A stretch of 64,000 bases of DNA. Origin: Candidatus Marinacidobacterales bacterium (GTDB lineage: Bacteria; Acidobacteriota; Vicinamibacteria; Marinacidobacterales; SMYC01). The notes under the pieces were generated by a model. It was given only the letters and a program-made list of their open reading frames with translations, was not told where the DNA came from and made no database searches. The stretch covers positions 224,001-288,000 of the forward strand of contig OZ250169.1 of NCBI GenBank assembly GCA_965237955.1. The letters run 5' to 3'. The position numbers were made by a program, and so were the translations under genes. Position 1 is the first letter of the stretch. Each line of letters begins with the position of its first letter. Shown here piece by piece: positions 53,251-62,975 of this stretch.

Positions 53251-53874
53251 CGCGTACCATCGAGGTTCATATTAATAAGGCCTTCGGGGGCATCCATGGT
53301 CATTGGTAGATCCTACTTTCCCTCTTTGTAAGGAGTTTCCGATAGGACCCCCTCTCAAACCGTGCGTGCGGTTTTCCCGCACACGGCTTACCGGTGGTCT
53401 CTCGAGCGATAGCATTACGCACTCTCCCAGAACGGAGAACCCGCGTAGCGGGTTGTACCGTGCAGGCGATGCAGAGACCGAGGGCTTCGAACTACTTGCG
53501 AGTCCAGCGTGAAGCTTCGCCGGGTCGGAGTTGACGGCCTTTGCGCTGAATCATGAAACGTTTGAACCGTCCAGACCACATACTTGTCGACTGTGACAAA
53601 CTTCATTGCTGCATTCCCATACACCGCATGGAAGCAGCGTCTGGGCGACCGCTTGGCCGACGCACACAGCCGTCGTTGGAGTTGTCGCACTTTGTCCGCA
53701 CGCTCGCGCCTGAGGGGGTGGTGGGACCGAGTCTCATGCCCAGCCATACCCTCACGCTTACCTCCGCCTTCGGCCTGACCAACGCAGGGGTTCGTCCCTC
53801 CGTCCGCGTTTTGTTGCGCAGCTTTCCACGGTACTACAACCCCCCTCGGACTCCCGCTGCACACCGCTCGACTT

Positions 53875-55131
53875 TGGGCTTGATCCAGTTTCGTGGACAC
53901 TTTCTGAAAGGCGGATACGATGTCCACAATGGCAAAGACAACGCAGCCCCGGCGACCCCGCCGGGAGTTTGATGACGAGTTTAAGGCAGGCGTGGTCCGG
54001 CTGGTGCTTGATGAGGGCCAGAGCGTAGGTCGGGTGGCCCGGGAGCTTGACCTCACCGAATCGGCGTTTCGCAACTGGGTCCGTCAGGCCCGGGCCGATC
54101 GGACGAAGGGCCGGACGGGCTTGACGGGCGTGGAACGCGAGGAGCTTCGGCGGCTCCGCAAAGAGAATCGGCGGTTGCGGGTGGAGCGCGACGTGTTAAA
54201 AAAAGCCGCGGCCTTCTTCGCGAAGGAGAGCGAGTAAGATTCGCGTTCATCCAGGCGGAGAAGGCCACCGTACCGGTCGCTCACCTGTGTCAGATTCTCA
54301 ACGTCTCTCGGAGTGGCTTTTATGCCTGGGTACGTCGGCCGCCGTCGGCCCACGCGCGCCGGGACCGCCAGTTGCGCGTGTTGATTCGTGCCTCCCATGA
54401 GGCGAGTCGCCGCACCTATGGGAGTCCGCGGATTCATCACGACCTGCACGAGCAGGGATATCGAGTGAGTCGGAAGCGGGTGATTCGGTTGAAACAGGCA
54501 GAAGGCCTCATTGCTCGAGTACGCAAACGCTTCAAGCGCACGACGGTAAGCGGTCATGACCAGCCCGTCGCGGCCAATGTGCTCGGGCAAGACTTCGTCG
54601 CCGATGCGCCGAACCAACGGTGGGTCGGGGACACGACCGAGTTCGTGATCGGCAGCGGCGGGAAGCTTTATCTCGCGGCGCTCCTCGACCTCTACTCGCG
54701 ATTCCTCGTTGGGTGGGCCGTAAGTGCTATCAACGACCGTCACCTGGTTATCAAGGCGTTGCGGATGGCACTGAAACGTCGCCAGCCGGCCGCGGGGCTC
54801 TTGCATCACTCCGATCAGGGCAGTCCGTATGCCAGCAAAGACTACCAACGTCTCCTTGAGACGCATGGCATGACCGGGAGCATGAGCCGACGGGGCAACT
54901 GCTACGACAACGCCGTCATCGAGAGCTGGTTCTCCACGGTCAAGCACGAGCTTGGGGAGCATTTCCTCAGTTGCGGCGAGGCCAAGATGGCCCTCTTCGA
55001 CTTCATCGAGGTATTCTACAATCAGAGACGACGACACTCGACCCTCGGCCAGGTCAGTCCGGCCGAGTTTGAACGACGGATGATGACTTCGCCAGCTTAA
55101 CTAAACCGTCTACGAAACCGGATCAAGCCCA
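53875..55131 (+). mobile_element. Intact IS3-family element, 1257 bp, 4-bp TSD ACTT
   Basis: IRs TGGGCTTGATCC(A/G)GTTTCGT(G/A)GAC; ACTT at 53871-53874 and 55132-55135. Confidence 0.96.
53929..55100 (+). CDS. IS3 OrfAB transposase made by -1 programmed frameshift
   Basis: OrfA HTH (RREFDDEFK) ends 54237; A7G slippery site 54198-54205; OrfB WVGDTT, HHSDQGSPY, CYDNAVIESWF. Confidence 0.93.
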
Positions 55132-55624
55132 ACTTCGCCTTGGGCTTATACGAGGCAGATCGTTGTGACGACAGCTGTATAGACGGGTCTCTCGTGTTCC
55201 ACGCGCCTCCTTCCACACGTGCCGCGCCCCATACCCCGCCAGAACCCACCCCACCCTCCGGTCTTGGGGGAGTTGACTTGACCTTCGCCGTGAGATGAGC
55301 GGCTCGGCTTCCGGATTATAAATGTGTCGAGGCTGCAAGCTTCACTTCATGTTGCGGCCCGCGTGGTTGCTCCCTCCGTAGAGGCTCTTGACGCCCCGCT
55401 CGGGCACAGAGGTCTCCCTCCAATACCCGGGGCCTGCTACCCGGCGCTCCCGCCCTTACGAGGACGGGACTTCCACCCGCTGGAGAAGTGCAACTCGCAA
55501 ACGGTAGCTCCTACTGACGCTCCTCGTCTGCTTCACGACACACCATCGCCCATGTTATCAATCCTCTGTCGCGAGGTGATGACGAAACAACGTTGTGAGG
55601 TCCGAACGCGCAGTGTAAGATCGC

Positions 55625-55939
55625 GCCGTTGATTCCTCGCTGGCGCGCTATGACGGAAAGCTCGTCTACGTCGCCAACCTGGGGGTGCCGAGCGAGAAGG
55701 CGCACGTCCCGCAGAGCTTCAAGATGTGTGAAGCTTTCCGCCGACTCGGTCTCGACGTCGAGCTCACATATCCCCGCCGGCGAAACACTGCGGCGATGGA
55801 AGGTGTGGACGCGCTGAGCTACTACGACGTGAAGTGTTCCTTCCGGCTCGTCGAAACGAATTGCCCTGACTCACTGAGACTCAGCGCCAGCCCACATATC
55901 CAAAAGATGCTGTTCGTGGCTCGTTCGACGCTGTTCACT
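55625..55939 (+). pseudogene. GT4 N-terminal fragment (inverted duplicate at 61597..61857)
   Basis: KLVYVANLGVPSEKAHVPQSFKMCEAF, same subfamily as 50248..51447. Confidence 0.78.
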
Positions 55940-56838
55940 GGACCTATGGTTCAATACGAACCGGTCGATGACTCCCTTAACCTCCCCCAATCTCTTTCTC
56001 GTGGGCCAGGGAGTCGACGGTCACCAGTTCCGCCCGCAGGCCGTCGAGAAAAGATATGATCTGATTACCGTTAGGACGTTTTATACCCGCCAAGCGCTTC
56101 GAGGACATGGTGAAGGCCTGAAGCTCTGCAAGCAGGAATGGGGGAAGACCTACAGCCCTCTCGTCTGCGGAGACGCGTATATCGAGAGCGACAAGGCGTA
56201 CAGAAGAAAGGGTCCAGGAGCTGGCGCGCGAACTCGGTGTCGATGCCCAGGTAGTCTATGCTGGAGGCGTTCCCCACGAAGAGCTCCCGAGCTATTTGAA
56301 CTTGACTCGCGCCTTTCTTTTTACAACCACGGGAGGCGTCGGTAAAGCGTCCCTAGAGGCCGTAGCGGGTTGTACCGTGCAGGCGATGCAGAGACCGAGG
56401 GTTTCGAAGTACTTGCGAGTCCAGCGTGAAGCTTCGCCGGGTCGGAGTTGACGGCCTTTGCGCTGAATCATGAAGCGTTTGAACCGTCCAGACCACATAC
56501 TTGTCGACTGTGGCAAACTTCATTGCTGCGTTCCCATACACCGCATGGCGTGCGACACGCCGTTGATCGTCACCAGTCCGGGGGGCCGAGATTTCATTGA
56601 AGATTTTCTCAGTGAATGGGTTCTTTGCGAGCCCTCCTTGGACGCCGTCGCTCGGGGCATGCACCGCCTTTTGGAAGCGGATGACGAGACCCGCGAGTCG
56701 TTGGCCGCGCAGGGTGTGGCGATGGTGCGGAGCAAGTACACTGTCACGAAGCTCATAGATCTGGTCCTCACCACCATGTGGGATCACAAAGCGGCCCGAT
56801 GGAACTCGGATGCGATCGCTTGCGGAGACGGCTCTTGA
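55940..56838 (+). pseudogene. GT4 C-terminal part interrupted by a 183-bp intron-derived insert
   Basis: Near-identical to the copy starting at 62185; insert 56361..56543 splits KASLEA|MAC. Confidence 0.85.
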
Positions 56839-56919
56839 CGCGCATCGGCTTCGTCGCCGGAACGTTGGGGGGCGGCAACGGCTGGACGCGCCTGTCGTTC
56901 GAGACGATACGACACCCTG

Positions 56920-57175
56920 TGGGAGCTGTGGGAAACCCGGAGTCTTCGGAGGGTATTTCCCCGCTCGACGTGCTGGCATGCAACGTTTCATTGCCCGACA
57001 TCGAAGTCGGGGATCTTCATCGGAGTTTTTTAATCCGGCGCTTACGTGCGCGCGGCGAGCCCGTTGGGATTTTTGAGCCACGCCTCGCCACCCGAAGTGC
57101 TCGTCTCGGACGGGGAGGCACACTTGGTCCGGCGACGCGGGAGTTATACCGAGATCATGCAAGATCTCGTTTGAG
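56920..57175 (+). pseudogene. PLP-dependent decarboxylase (LysA-like) C-terminal remnant
   Basis: PLDVLACNVSLPDIEVGDL, then GAYVRAASPLGFLSHASPPEVLV across frameshifts. Confidence 0.65.
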
Positions 57176-57299
57176 TTAGTGCTCAACCTTCGGCCCGGAT
57201 GTGATATGACTCTCTCTCCCAACCATGAGCACTAACCGCCGGCCCGAGATCGAGTCGGGTTCTAGTGTATAAATTTACCCAAATGTTATAGTTAGCGGG

Positions 57300-58526
57300 A
57301 TGGAATCAATCGTAGCGGTCGTGGGTGCGCGGCCGAATTTCATCAAGATCGCCCCTGTGATCGAGGCGTTTCGTCGCGTCGCGATCACAGTGCATCTCGT
57401 CCACACGGGACAGCACTACGACGCGTCCATGAAGGCGTCTTTTTTTCGGCAGCTCGGCCTCCCGGAGCCAGATGTTGATCTTGAAGTCGGCTCCAGCTCG
57501 CACACCGTGCAAACCGGGCAGATCTTGATTCGGTTCGAGCCTGTGCTCGAGCATTTGTCTCCTACCGCCGTCGTCGTTGTCGGCGATGTGAACTCGACGA
57601 TCGCGTGTGCGCTGGTTGCGGTCAAGAAGGGAATTCCCGTGTTCCACGTTGAAGCGGGCCTCCGCAGCTTCGACCGCTCGATGCCGGAGGAGATCAATCG
57701 GGTCCTCACCGATCAGATTTCGGAGCTTCTCTTCACCACGGAGGACGACGCACGGGAGAACTTGTTGAAAGAGGGGATTGCCGACGAGCGTATCCATTTC
57801 GTGGGCAACGTGATGATCGATAGTCTCTTGGGTCACGCAGCGCGCGCGATATCTCCGGCGAAGACGCTCGTGCGACACGACCATGATGATTTGCTACGTG
57901 ATACCTCGTTGTATGGTGTCGTCACGCTGCATCGCCCGTCGAACGTTGATGAGCCATCGGTGTTGACAGAGCTGATGGGAGCGCTCGGCCGCATCAGCGC
58001 GCGGCTGCCTCTGGTGTTTCCGGTGCACCCACGTACAGAAGCGCGTCTTCGCGAGCTCGACATCGACGCGTCTGAGAAGTTGGCTTTGCTTCCGCCGGTG
58101 AGTTACCTGGAGATGCTCGGCCTCATGAAAGACGCCACCGTCGTCCTGACCGATTCGGGCGGGATACAGGAGGAAACGACGGCGCTCGGCGTCCCGTGCG
58201 TGACGCTCCGCGAGAACACCGAGCGACCGGTTACCGTCAGTGAAGGAACGAATACCGTGGTCGGTTCCGATCCCGACCGCATCGAAGCTGCGGTCAATGC
58301 CGTTCTCGCGAACGGTGGAAAGAATGGCAGGAGGCCCGAGCTGTGGGACGGGCAGGCAGCACAGCGGATCGCGGCGGTCGTGAGCGAGTGGCTCGCGCAA
58401 CGAAGAGGCGTTCCCGCGGTCGCGGAGAATTCCAGTCCTGAAGTGGAAGTGGTCAATGGTCAGGCGCCGGAAACCGGCCACGGGTTGGAACGAGGCCGAA
58501 CCTGCCGGAAGCGACCTGGAGTATAA
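57300..58526 (+). CDS. wecB: UDP-N-acetylglucosamine 2-epimerase (non-hydrolyzing)
   Basis: VGARPNFIK, HTGQHYD, HVEAGLRS, PEEINR, TLHRPSNVD, TDSGGIQEE, ENTERP. Confidence 0.95.
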   Translation: MESIVAVVGARPNFIKIAPVIEAFRRVAITVHLVHTGQHYDASMKASFFRQLGLPEPDVDLEVGSSSHTVQTGQILIRFEPVLEHLSPTAVVVVGDVNSTIACALVAVKKGIPVFHVEAGLRSFDRSMPEEINRVLTDQISELLFTTEDDARENLLKEGIADERIHFVGNVMIDSLLGHAARAISPAKTLVRHDHDDLLRDTSLYGVVTLHRPSNVDEPSVLTELMGALGRISARLPLVFPVHPRTEARLRELDIDASEKLALLPPVSYLEMLGLMKDATVVLTDSGGIQEETTALGVPCVTLRENTERPVTVSEGTNTVVGSDPDRIEAAVNAVLANGGKNGRRPELWDGQAAQRIAAVVSEWLAQRRGVPAVAENSSPEVEVVNGQAPETGHGLERGRTCRKRPGV

Positions 58527-58557
58527 TCCCGTCTTCTCGAAAGGAGGCGCGACTCGC

Positions 58558-59553
58558 GTGAAGGCTGCGGTCGGAACGAAAGCCCAAAGTGGCGTCGAGT
58601 TACCACCGTGCCCGGTCTGTGGGCGCGGCGTGCCCGACCCGCTCTACTACGAATCCAACCGATATACGGAGAGTGAAGTTGTCGGACTGAGTCTCTGTCC
58701 AGAATGCCAGCTCTACTTCACCCGACCCCGCTTGGTGCGGCACAACGTTCCCACCCGCAAGGCGGCGTACGAGGACCTCCTTCGAAAATACGAGGGCGAA
58801 ACGCAAGCAGGTTTTCATAAGAATGAGAACTATCGTCTCTATCTCGACGTGGCCGAGCAACACTTCGAGATAATGGGTTACGAGCCTCCTTACTCCGTTC
58901 TCGATATCGGCTTTCACTGCGGATTCTTTCTTCGCTACGCGAAGGAGCACGGATGGACCGTTCGGGGCATCGAGCCCTCGCCGCCCCATTACCGTTTCGC
59001 CATGGAGGTGAACGGCATCGTTTCCATCGAGTTGGGCTTTTTCGATGCGAGTTTCGACGCCGACGCGCGTTTCCATGTCGTATCGATGTTTGACGTCCTC
59101 GAGCACATTCCCGACCCGGTTTCCCACTTACGAGAAATCCGCCAACGGCTGCGACCCGGTGGGCTCGTCCTTGCCAAGGTGCCCCACGTGAAGTTCTATC
59201 TCAAATGGTGGAGATGGGTATCGCTCATGAGCCGAACGGGCTTGTTGCCGCGCTTCACCACGTTCGACAGCCCCCCGGTCGAATCGGAACGAAACGGGAA
59301 GGTGCCCGGCTTCTTCGATCTTTTCGAGCACGTCGTCCACTATGATGCGCCCGGCGTCGAGGCGGTCTTCGAAGCCGCCGGTTTCGAGGGAACGAGGCTC
59401 CTTCCTGCGCCGCCTACCAATCCCGCTGGACAGTACCTGAACTTCCCCAGGACGGCAACCTATCAGCTCGCCCGAACGTTGCACGCTCTCGGAAGAAAGC
59501 CCGGCGCACTGACGCATGGTCTGCTCATCGTCGCTCGCAACGGAGAACAGTGA
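58558..59553 (+). CDS. Class I SAM methyltransferase, copy 2 of 23533..24528
   Basis: Near-identical sequence; motif I reads DIGFHCG instead of DIGSHCG. Confidence 0.9.
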   Translation: MKAAVGTKAQSGVELPPCPVCGRGVPDPLYYESNRYTESEVVGLSLCPECQLYFTRPRLVRHNVPTRKAAYEDLLRKYEGETQAGFHKNENYRLYLDVAEQHFEIMGYEPPYSVLDIGFHCGFFLRYAKEHGWTVRGIEPSPPHYRFAMEVNGIVSIELGFFDASFDADARFHVVSMFDVLEHIPDPVSHLREIRQRLRPGGLVLAKVPHVKFYLKWWRWVSLMSRTGLLPRFTTFDSPPVESERNGKVPGFFDLFEHVVHYDAPGVEAVFEAAGFEGTRLLPAPPTNPAGQYLNFPRTATYQLARTLHALGRKPGALTHGLLIVARNGEQ

Positions 59554-59779
59554 ACGTGGAGTCCAGGAGGCTTGACCGTCGCAGATCGTGCCGAAGATGA
59601 GCGACGCCGCAACCCATTCCCTTCGACGGGATCATAGTCGAGTGGAAGCTGCACTTGGGGCTCGGGTGCGTTCTTTGCTTCTCGAGCCGGTAGAGGATGA
59701 TCTCGCGGAGCGCTGGGGCGTCACGGTGATCGGCCGCCGGGCCAAGGCGTCCGTCGTCGCGAGCTTGAGGGCATCCATG

Positions 59780-59943
59780 GTCGGACTCAGGCGCTCAATG
59801 AACGAGATGTTCCGTGTCGAGAAGTCCTTCGAGTTATTGAGCGCTTCTTTGAATCTCCACGCGGCTCCTTTAACGGCTCTACGTTCAACCTTCACGACGC
59901 AGTCGTTCCTTCGTGTCTTGAGGAGCTGGCCACGCAACAGCAA
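59780..59943 (-). mobile_element. Transposase remnant (IS1-like), related to 26955..27116
   Basis: VVKVERRAVKG...RNISFIERLSPT. Confidence 0.55.
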
Positions 59944-60049
59944 TGCCGTGAGCTTGCAAATCTCCTATGGGACGAGATGCATGGCGTGAGGCAGATAGAG
60001 AGAGCTTTTGATGAGCAAAGATACAAAATATGCGGCTTTTGATTTTCCT

Positions 60050-60259
60050 ATAGAAATACGAACAGGGATGATCGGAATCTATCGACTCGTGGGCCAAATG
60101 ATATGGGTACTTGCCCACCCAGACCTCGCCGTTGAGATGGGGCGAGAGGCCAGAAAGTTCGCGCGGATTTACTTCTCGACCGAACGCCATGTCCAGGGGT
60201 ACCGGCAGGCCTTCTCGTTGGCTCTCGATTCGCATCAATCGGGCGTTGCAACTGACTGA
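60050..60259 (+). pseudogene. GT4 C-terminal remnant
   Basis: WVLAHPDLAVEMGREARKFARIYFSTERHVQGY resembles the end of 31068..32207. Confidence 0.65.
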
Positions 60260-60262
60260 CTT

Positions 60263-61342
60263 GTGCGACTCTTGTGGTTCAATCTCGCCACCGACGCCGA
60301 CGATCCGGTGCTGGGGTTCACCAGTCGGTGGATCCAGGCGATTGCGACGAAGGTCGAGCGGATTCGCGTCATCACGATGCGCGCAGGCCGTATCGAGCTT
60401 CCTGAGAACGTCCGGTGTGACTCCGTCGGCAAGGAGGCGGGTTATAGCCGGCCTCGCCGCATCGTGGAGTTCTACCGGATCCTGTTAGAGGTCCTCCGAA
60501 ACGAGCCAGTTGATGCTTGTTTTTCACACATGTTTCCACTTTTCACAGTTCTAGCGGCGCCCCTGCTCCGGCCCAAAGGCGTTCCGATCGTCACCTGGTA
60601 CACGCACCCGAGTCTCACACTGCAGTTGAGGCTCGCCCATCGTCTCTCGGCTCAGATGGTGACCAGCCTCCCTTCCAGCTATCCCTACGACACGGACAAG
60701 CTCCGCGTGCTCGGTCACGGGATCGATACCGATCGGTTCGCGCCCGACAAGACCAGGCCACAGCTTCCTGTCTTGATCCTCTGCGCTGGACGACTTTCTC
60801 CCGTGAAGGATCACGTGACGCTGCTGAAAGCGGTCGCGATGCTCAGACAACGTTTTCGCGGGCAATTCCAGGTGGTGATTCTCGGCAACCCGGCGAGGCC
60901 GTCGGATGTCGACTACCGGAGTTCTCTGAAAGAACTGGCGCGTGATCTCGACGTCGAGGATATCGTTCATTTTCACGATGCCGTGACGCCAGCAGAGCTT
61001 CCGACGTGGTATCGACGGTGTGCTGTGCATGTGAACCTGACCGCGGCGGGTTTCGGGGACAAGGTCGCGCTGGAATCACAGGCTTGTGCGAGGCCTACGC
61101 TCACTGCCAACGAGGGCTTCCGCGAAACGCTCGGCCAGTACTCAGACCAGCTGCTCTTCCGCTCTGGAGATCCGAACGATTTGTCCTCTCGCTTGCTGGA
61201 GCTGCTGACTCTCCCTGAAGAAGAGCGCCTGCACATGGGGCTCTACCTTCGCGAGCGGGTCCTGCGCCTGCACGGCATCGATGGCCTTGCCGAGAGACTT
61301 GTGGAACTTCTAGAAAGCCTGGGAAAGGACCGGCCTCGGTGA
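60263..61342 (+). CDS. GT4 glycosyltransferase
   Basis: RLLWFNLATDADDPVLGF, GHGIDT, GRLSPVK, DKVALESQAC. Confidence 0.9.
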   Translation: MRLLWFNLATDADDPVLGFTSRWIQAIATKVERIRVITMRAGRIELPENVRCDSVGKEAGYSRPRRIVEFYRILLEVLRNEPVDACFSHMFPLFTVLAAPLLRPKGVPIVTWYTHPSLTLQLRLAHRLSAQMVTSLPSSYPYDTDKLRVLGHGIDTDRFAPDKTRPQLPVLILCAGRLSPVKDHVTLLKAVAMLRQRFRGQFQVVILGNPARPSDVDYRSSLKELARDLDVEDIVHFHDAVTPAELPTWYRRCAVHVNLTAAGFGDKVALESQACARPTLTANEGFRETLGQYSDQLLFRSGDPNDLSSRLLELLTLPEEERLHMGLYLRERVLRLHGIDGLAERLVELLESLGKDRPR

Positions 61343-61596
61343 CACACCGACTGCTCGGCGCTCAACGTCTTTTCGGTCGCCATATTCGCCGGGCGCGGCG
61401 CCTCGCGCCGACCCCCCCTGGTTGCCGCTCGGCATTTCGGGTCTTCGCGTTGCCCCTGGTGCACCTTGTTGGGCACATTCCCCCAACCGGATCGAGCCAA
61501 CCTCAGTTGGACGGGCACCGGTGATAACGCAAGCGCCGGCACCGCGGCTTCGTTCGACAATCGCGTCTCCAAGTCACCTATTACCGGCGACCCAGC

Positions 61597-61857
61597 ACCG
61601 GGAAGGGACACTCCACGTCGTAGTAGCTCAGCGCGTCCACACCTTCCATCGCAGCGGTGTTTCGCCGGCGGGGATATGTGAGCTCGACGTCGAGACCGAG
61701 CCGGCGGAAAGATTCACACATCTTGAAGCTCTGCAGGACGTGCGCCTTCTCGCTCGGCACCCGCAGGTTGGCGACGTAAACGAGCTTTCCGTCATAGCGC
61801 GCCAGCGAGGAATCCATCGGCGCGATCTTACACTGCGTGGTCGGACCTCACAACGTT
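61597..61857 (-). pseudogene. Inverted duplicate of the GT4 N-terminal fragment at about 55588..55845
   Basis: MDSSLARYDGKLVYVANLRVPSEKAHVLQSFKMCESF; near-identical DNA in reverse orientation. Confidence 0.85.
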
Positions 61858-62185
61858 AGCGCCTCGCGGCCCAAGGCCTGGGCCTTGACGGCGAGCCTGC
61901 GCCGGTCGTCGTCCGAGAGCCTGAGACGCTTGCCCCGAAGCCCGGCTCGGAGCACACGGTTTTCCTCTCGCAGGTAGTCGATCACATCCTGCTGCTGGCG
62001 GTTGACCCAGCCAGCCAGAACGAGCAGTAGGAATTGCACGTGGTACGTCATGATGGAACTGAAGATAACACCCTCGGACCAGACGATTGTAGAGCCCACG
62101 GCCCTTGGCCCGGTCGCAAAACACAGACGCTAAGCTGCTGATTTATCGGCTATTTCAAGAGGGCCGAGTTTTGGCACAGGACGGG
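61858..62185 (-). mobile_element. Left end and N-terminal codons of an rve-integrase element
   Basis: Terminus CCCGTCCTGTGCCAAAACTC; ORF LAGWVNRQQQDVIDYLREENRVLR...DDDRRRLAVKAQALGR is truncated. Confidence 0.82.
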
Positions 62186-62900
62186 ACCTATGGTTCAATA
62201 CGAACCGGTCGATGACTCCCTTAACCTCCCCCAATCTCTTTCTCGTGGGCCAGGGAGTCGACGGTCACCAGTTCCGCCCGCAGGCCGTCGAGAAAAGATA
62301 TGATCTGATTACCGTTAGGACGTTTTATACCCGCCAAGCGCTTCGAGGACATGGTGAAGGCCTGAAGCTCTGCAAGCAGGAATGGGGGAAGACCTACAGC
62401 CCTCTCGTCTGCGGAGACGCGTATATCGAGAGCGACAAGGCGTACAAAAAAAGGGTCCAGGAGCTGGCGCGCGAACTCGGTGTCGATGCCCAGGTAGTCT
62501 ATGCTGGAGGCGTTCCCCACGAAGAGCTCCCGAGCTATTTGAACTTGACTCGCGCCTTTCTTTTTACAACCACGGGAGGCGTCGGTAAAGCGTCCCTAGA
62601 GGCCATGGCGTGCGGCACGCCGTTGATCGTCACCAGTCCGGGGGGCCGAGATTTCATTGGAGACTTTCTCAGTGATTGGGTTCTTTGCGAGCCCTCCTTG
62701 GACGCCGTCGCTAGGGGCATGCACCGCCTTTTGGAAGCGGATGACGGGACCCGCGAGTCGTTGGCCGGCAGGGTGTGGCGATGGTGCGGAGCAAGTACAC
62801 TGTCACGAAGCTCATGGATCTGGTCCTCACCACCATGTGGGATCACAAAGCGGCCCGATGGAACTCGGATGCGATCGCTTGCGGAGACGGCTCTTGACGC
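62186..62900 (+). pseudogene. GT4 C-terminal part (uninterrupted duplicate of the 55940 block), lacking its N-terminus
   Basis: GQGVDGHQF, GGVPHEELP, GGVGKASLEAMACG; frameshift near 62770. Confidence 0.8.
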
Positions 62901-62975
62901 GCATCGGCTTCGTCGCCGGAACGTTGGGGGGGCGGCAACGGCTGGACGCGCCTGTCGTTCGAGACGATACGACAC

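Larger units (their letters stand above)
53302..55543 (-). ncRNA. Group II intron with both ends, an internally deleted IEP ORF and an IS3 insertion
   Basis: 5' end GTGTGTCGTGAAG at 55543; domain V AAGCCGTGTGCGGGAAAACCGCACGCACGGTTT and domain VI ending CTACCAAT at 53302; IEP remnant joins KVRQLQRRL...FHAVY directly to GNAAMKF... Confidence 0.88.

Noticed and set aside
23432-59568. Diversity-generating retroelement (TR/VR pair plus RT remnant)
   Set aside because: Differences between the duplicates include C/T and G/A changes in both directions over the whole gene and are not adenine-specific; the only RT is a deleted group II IEP.
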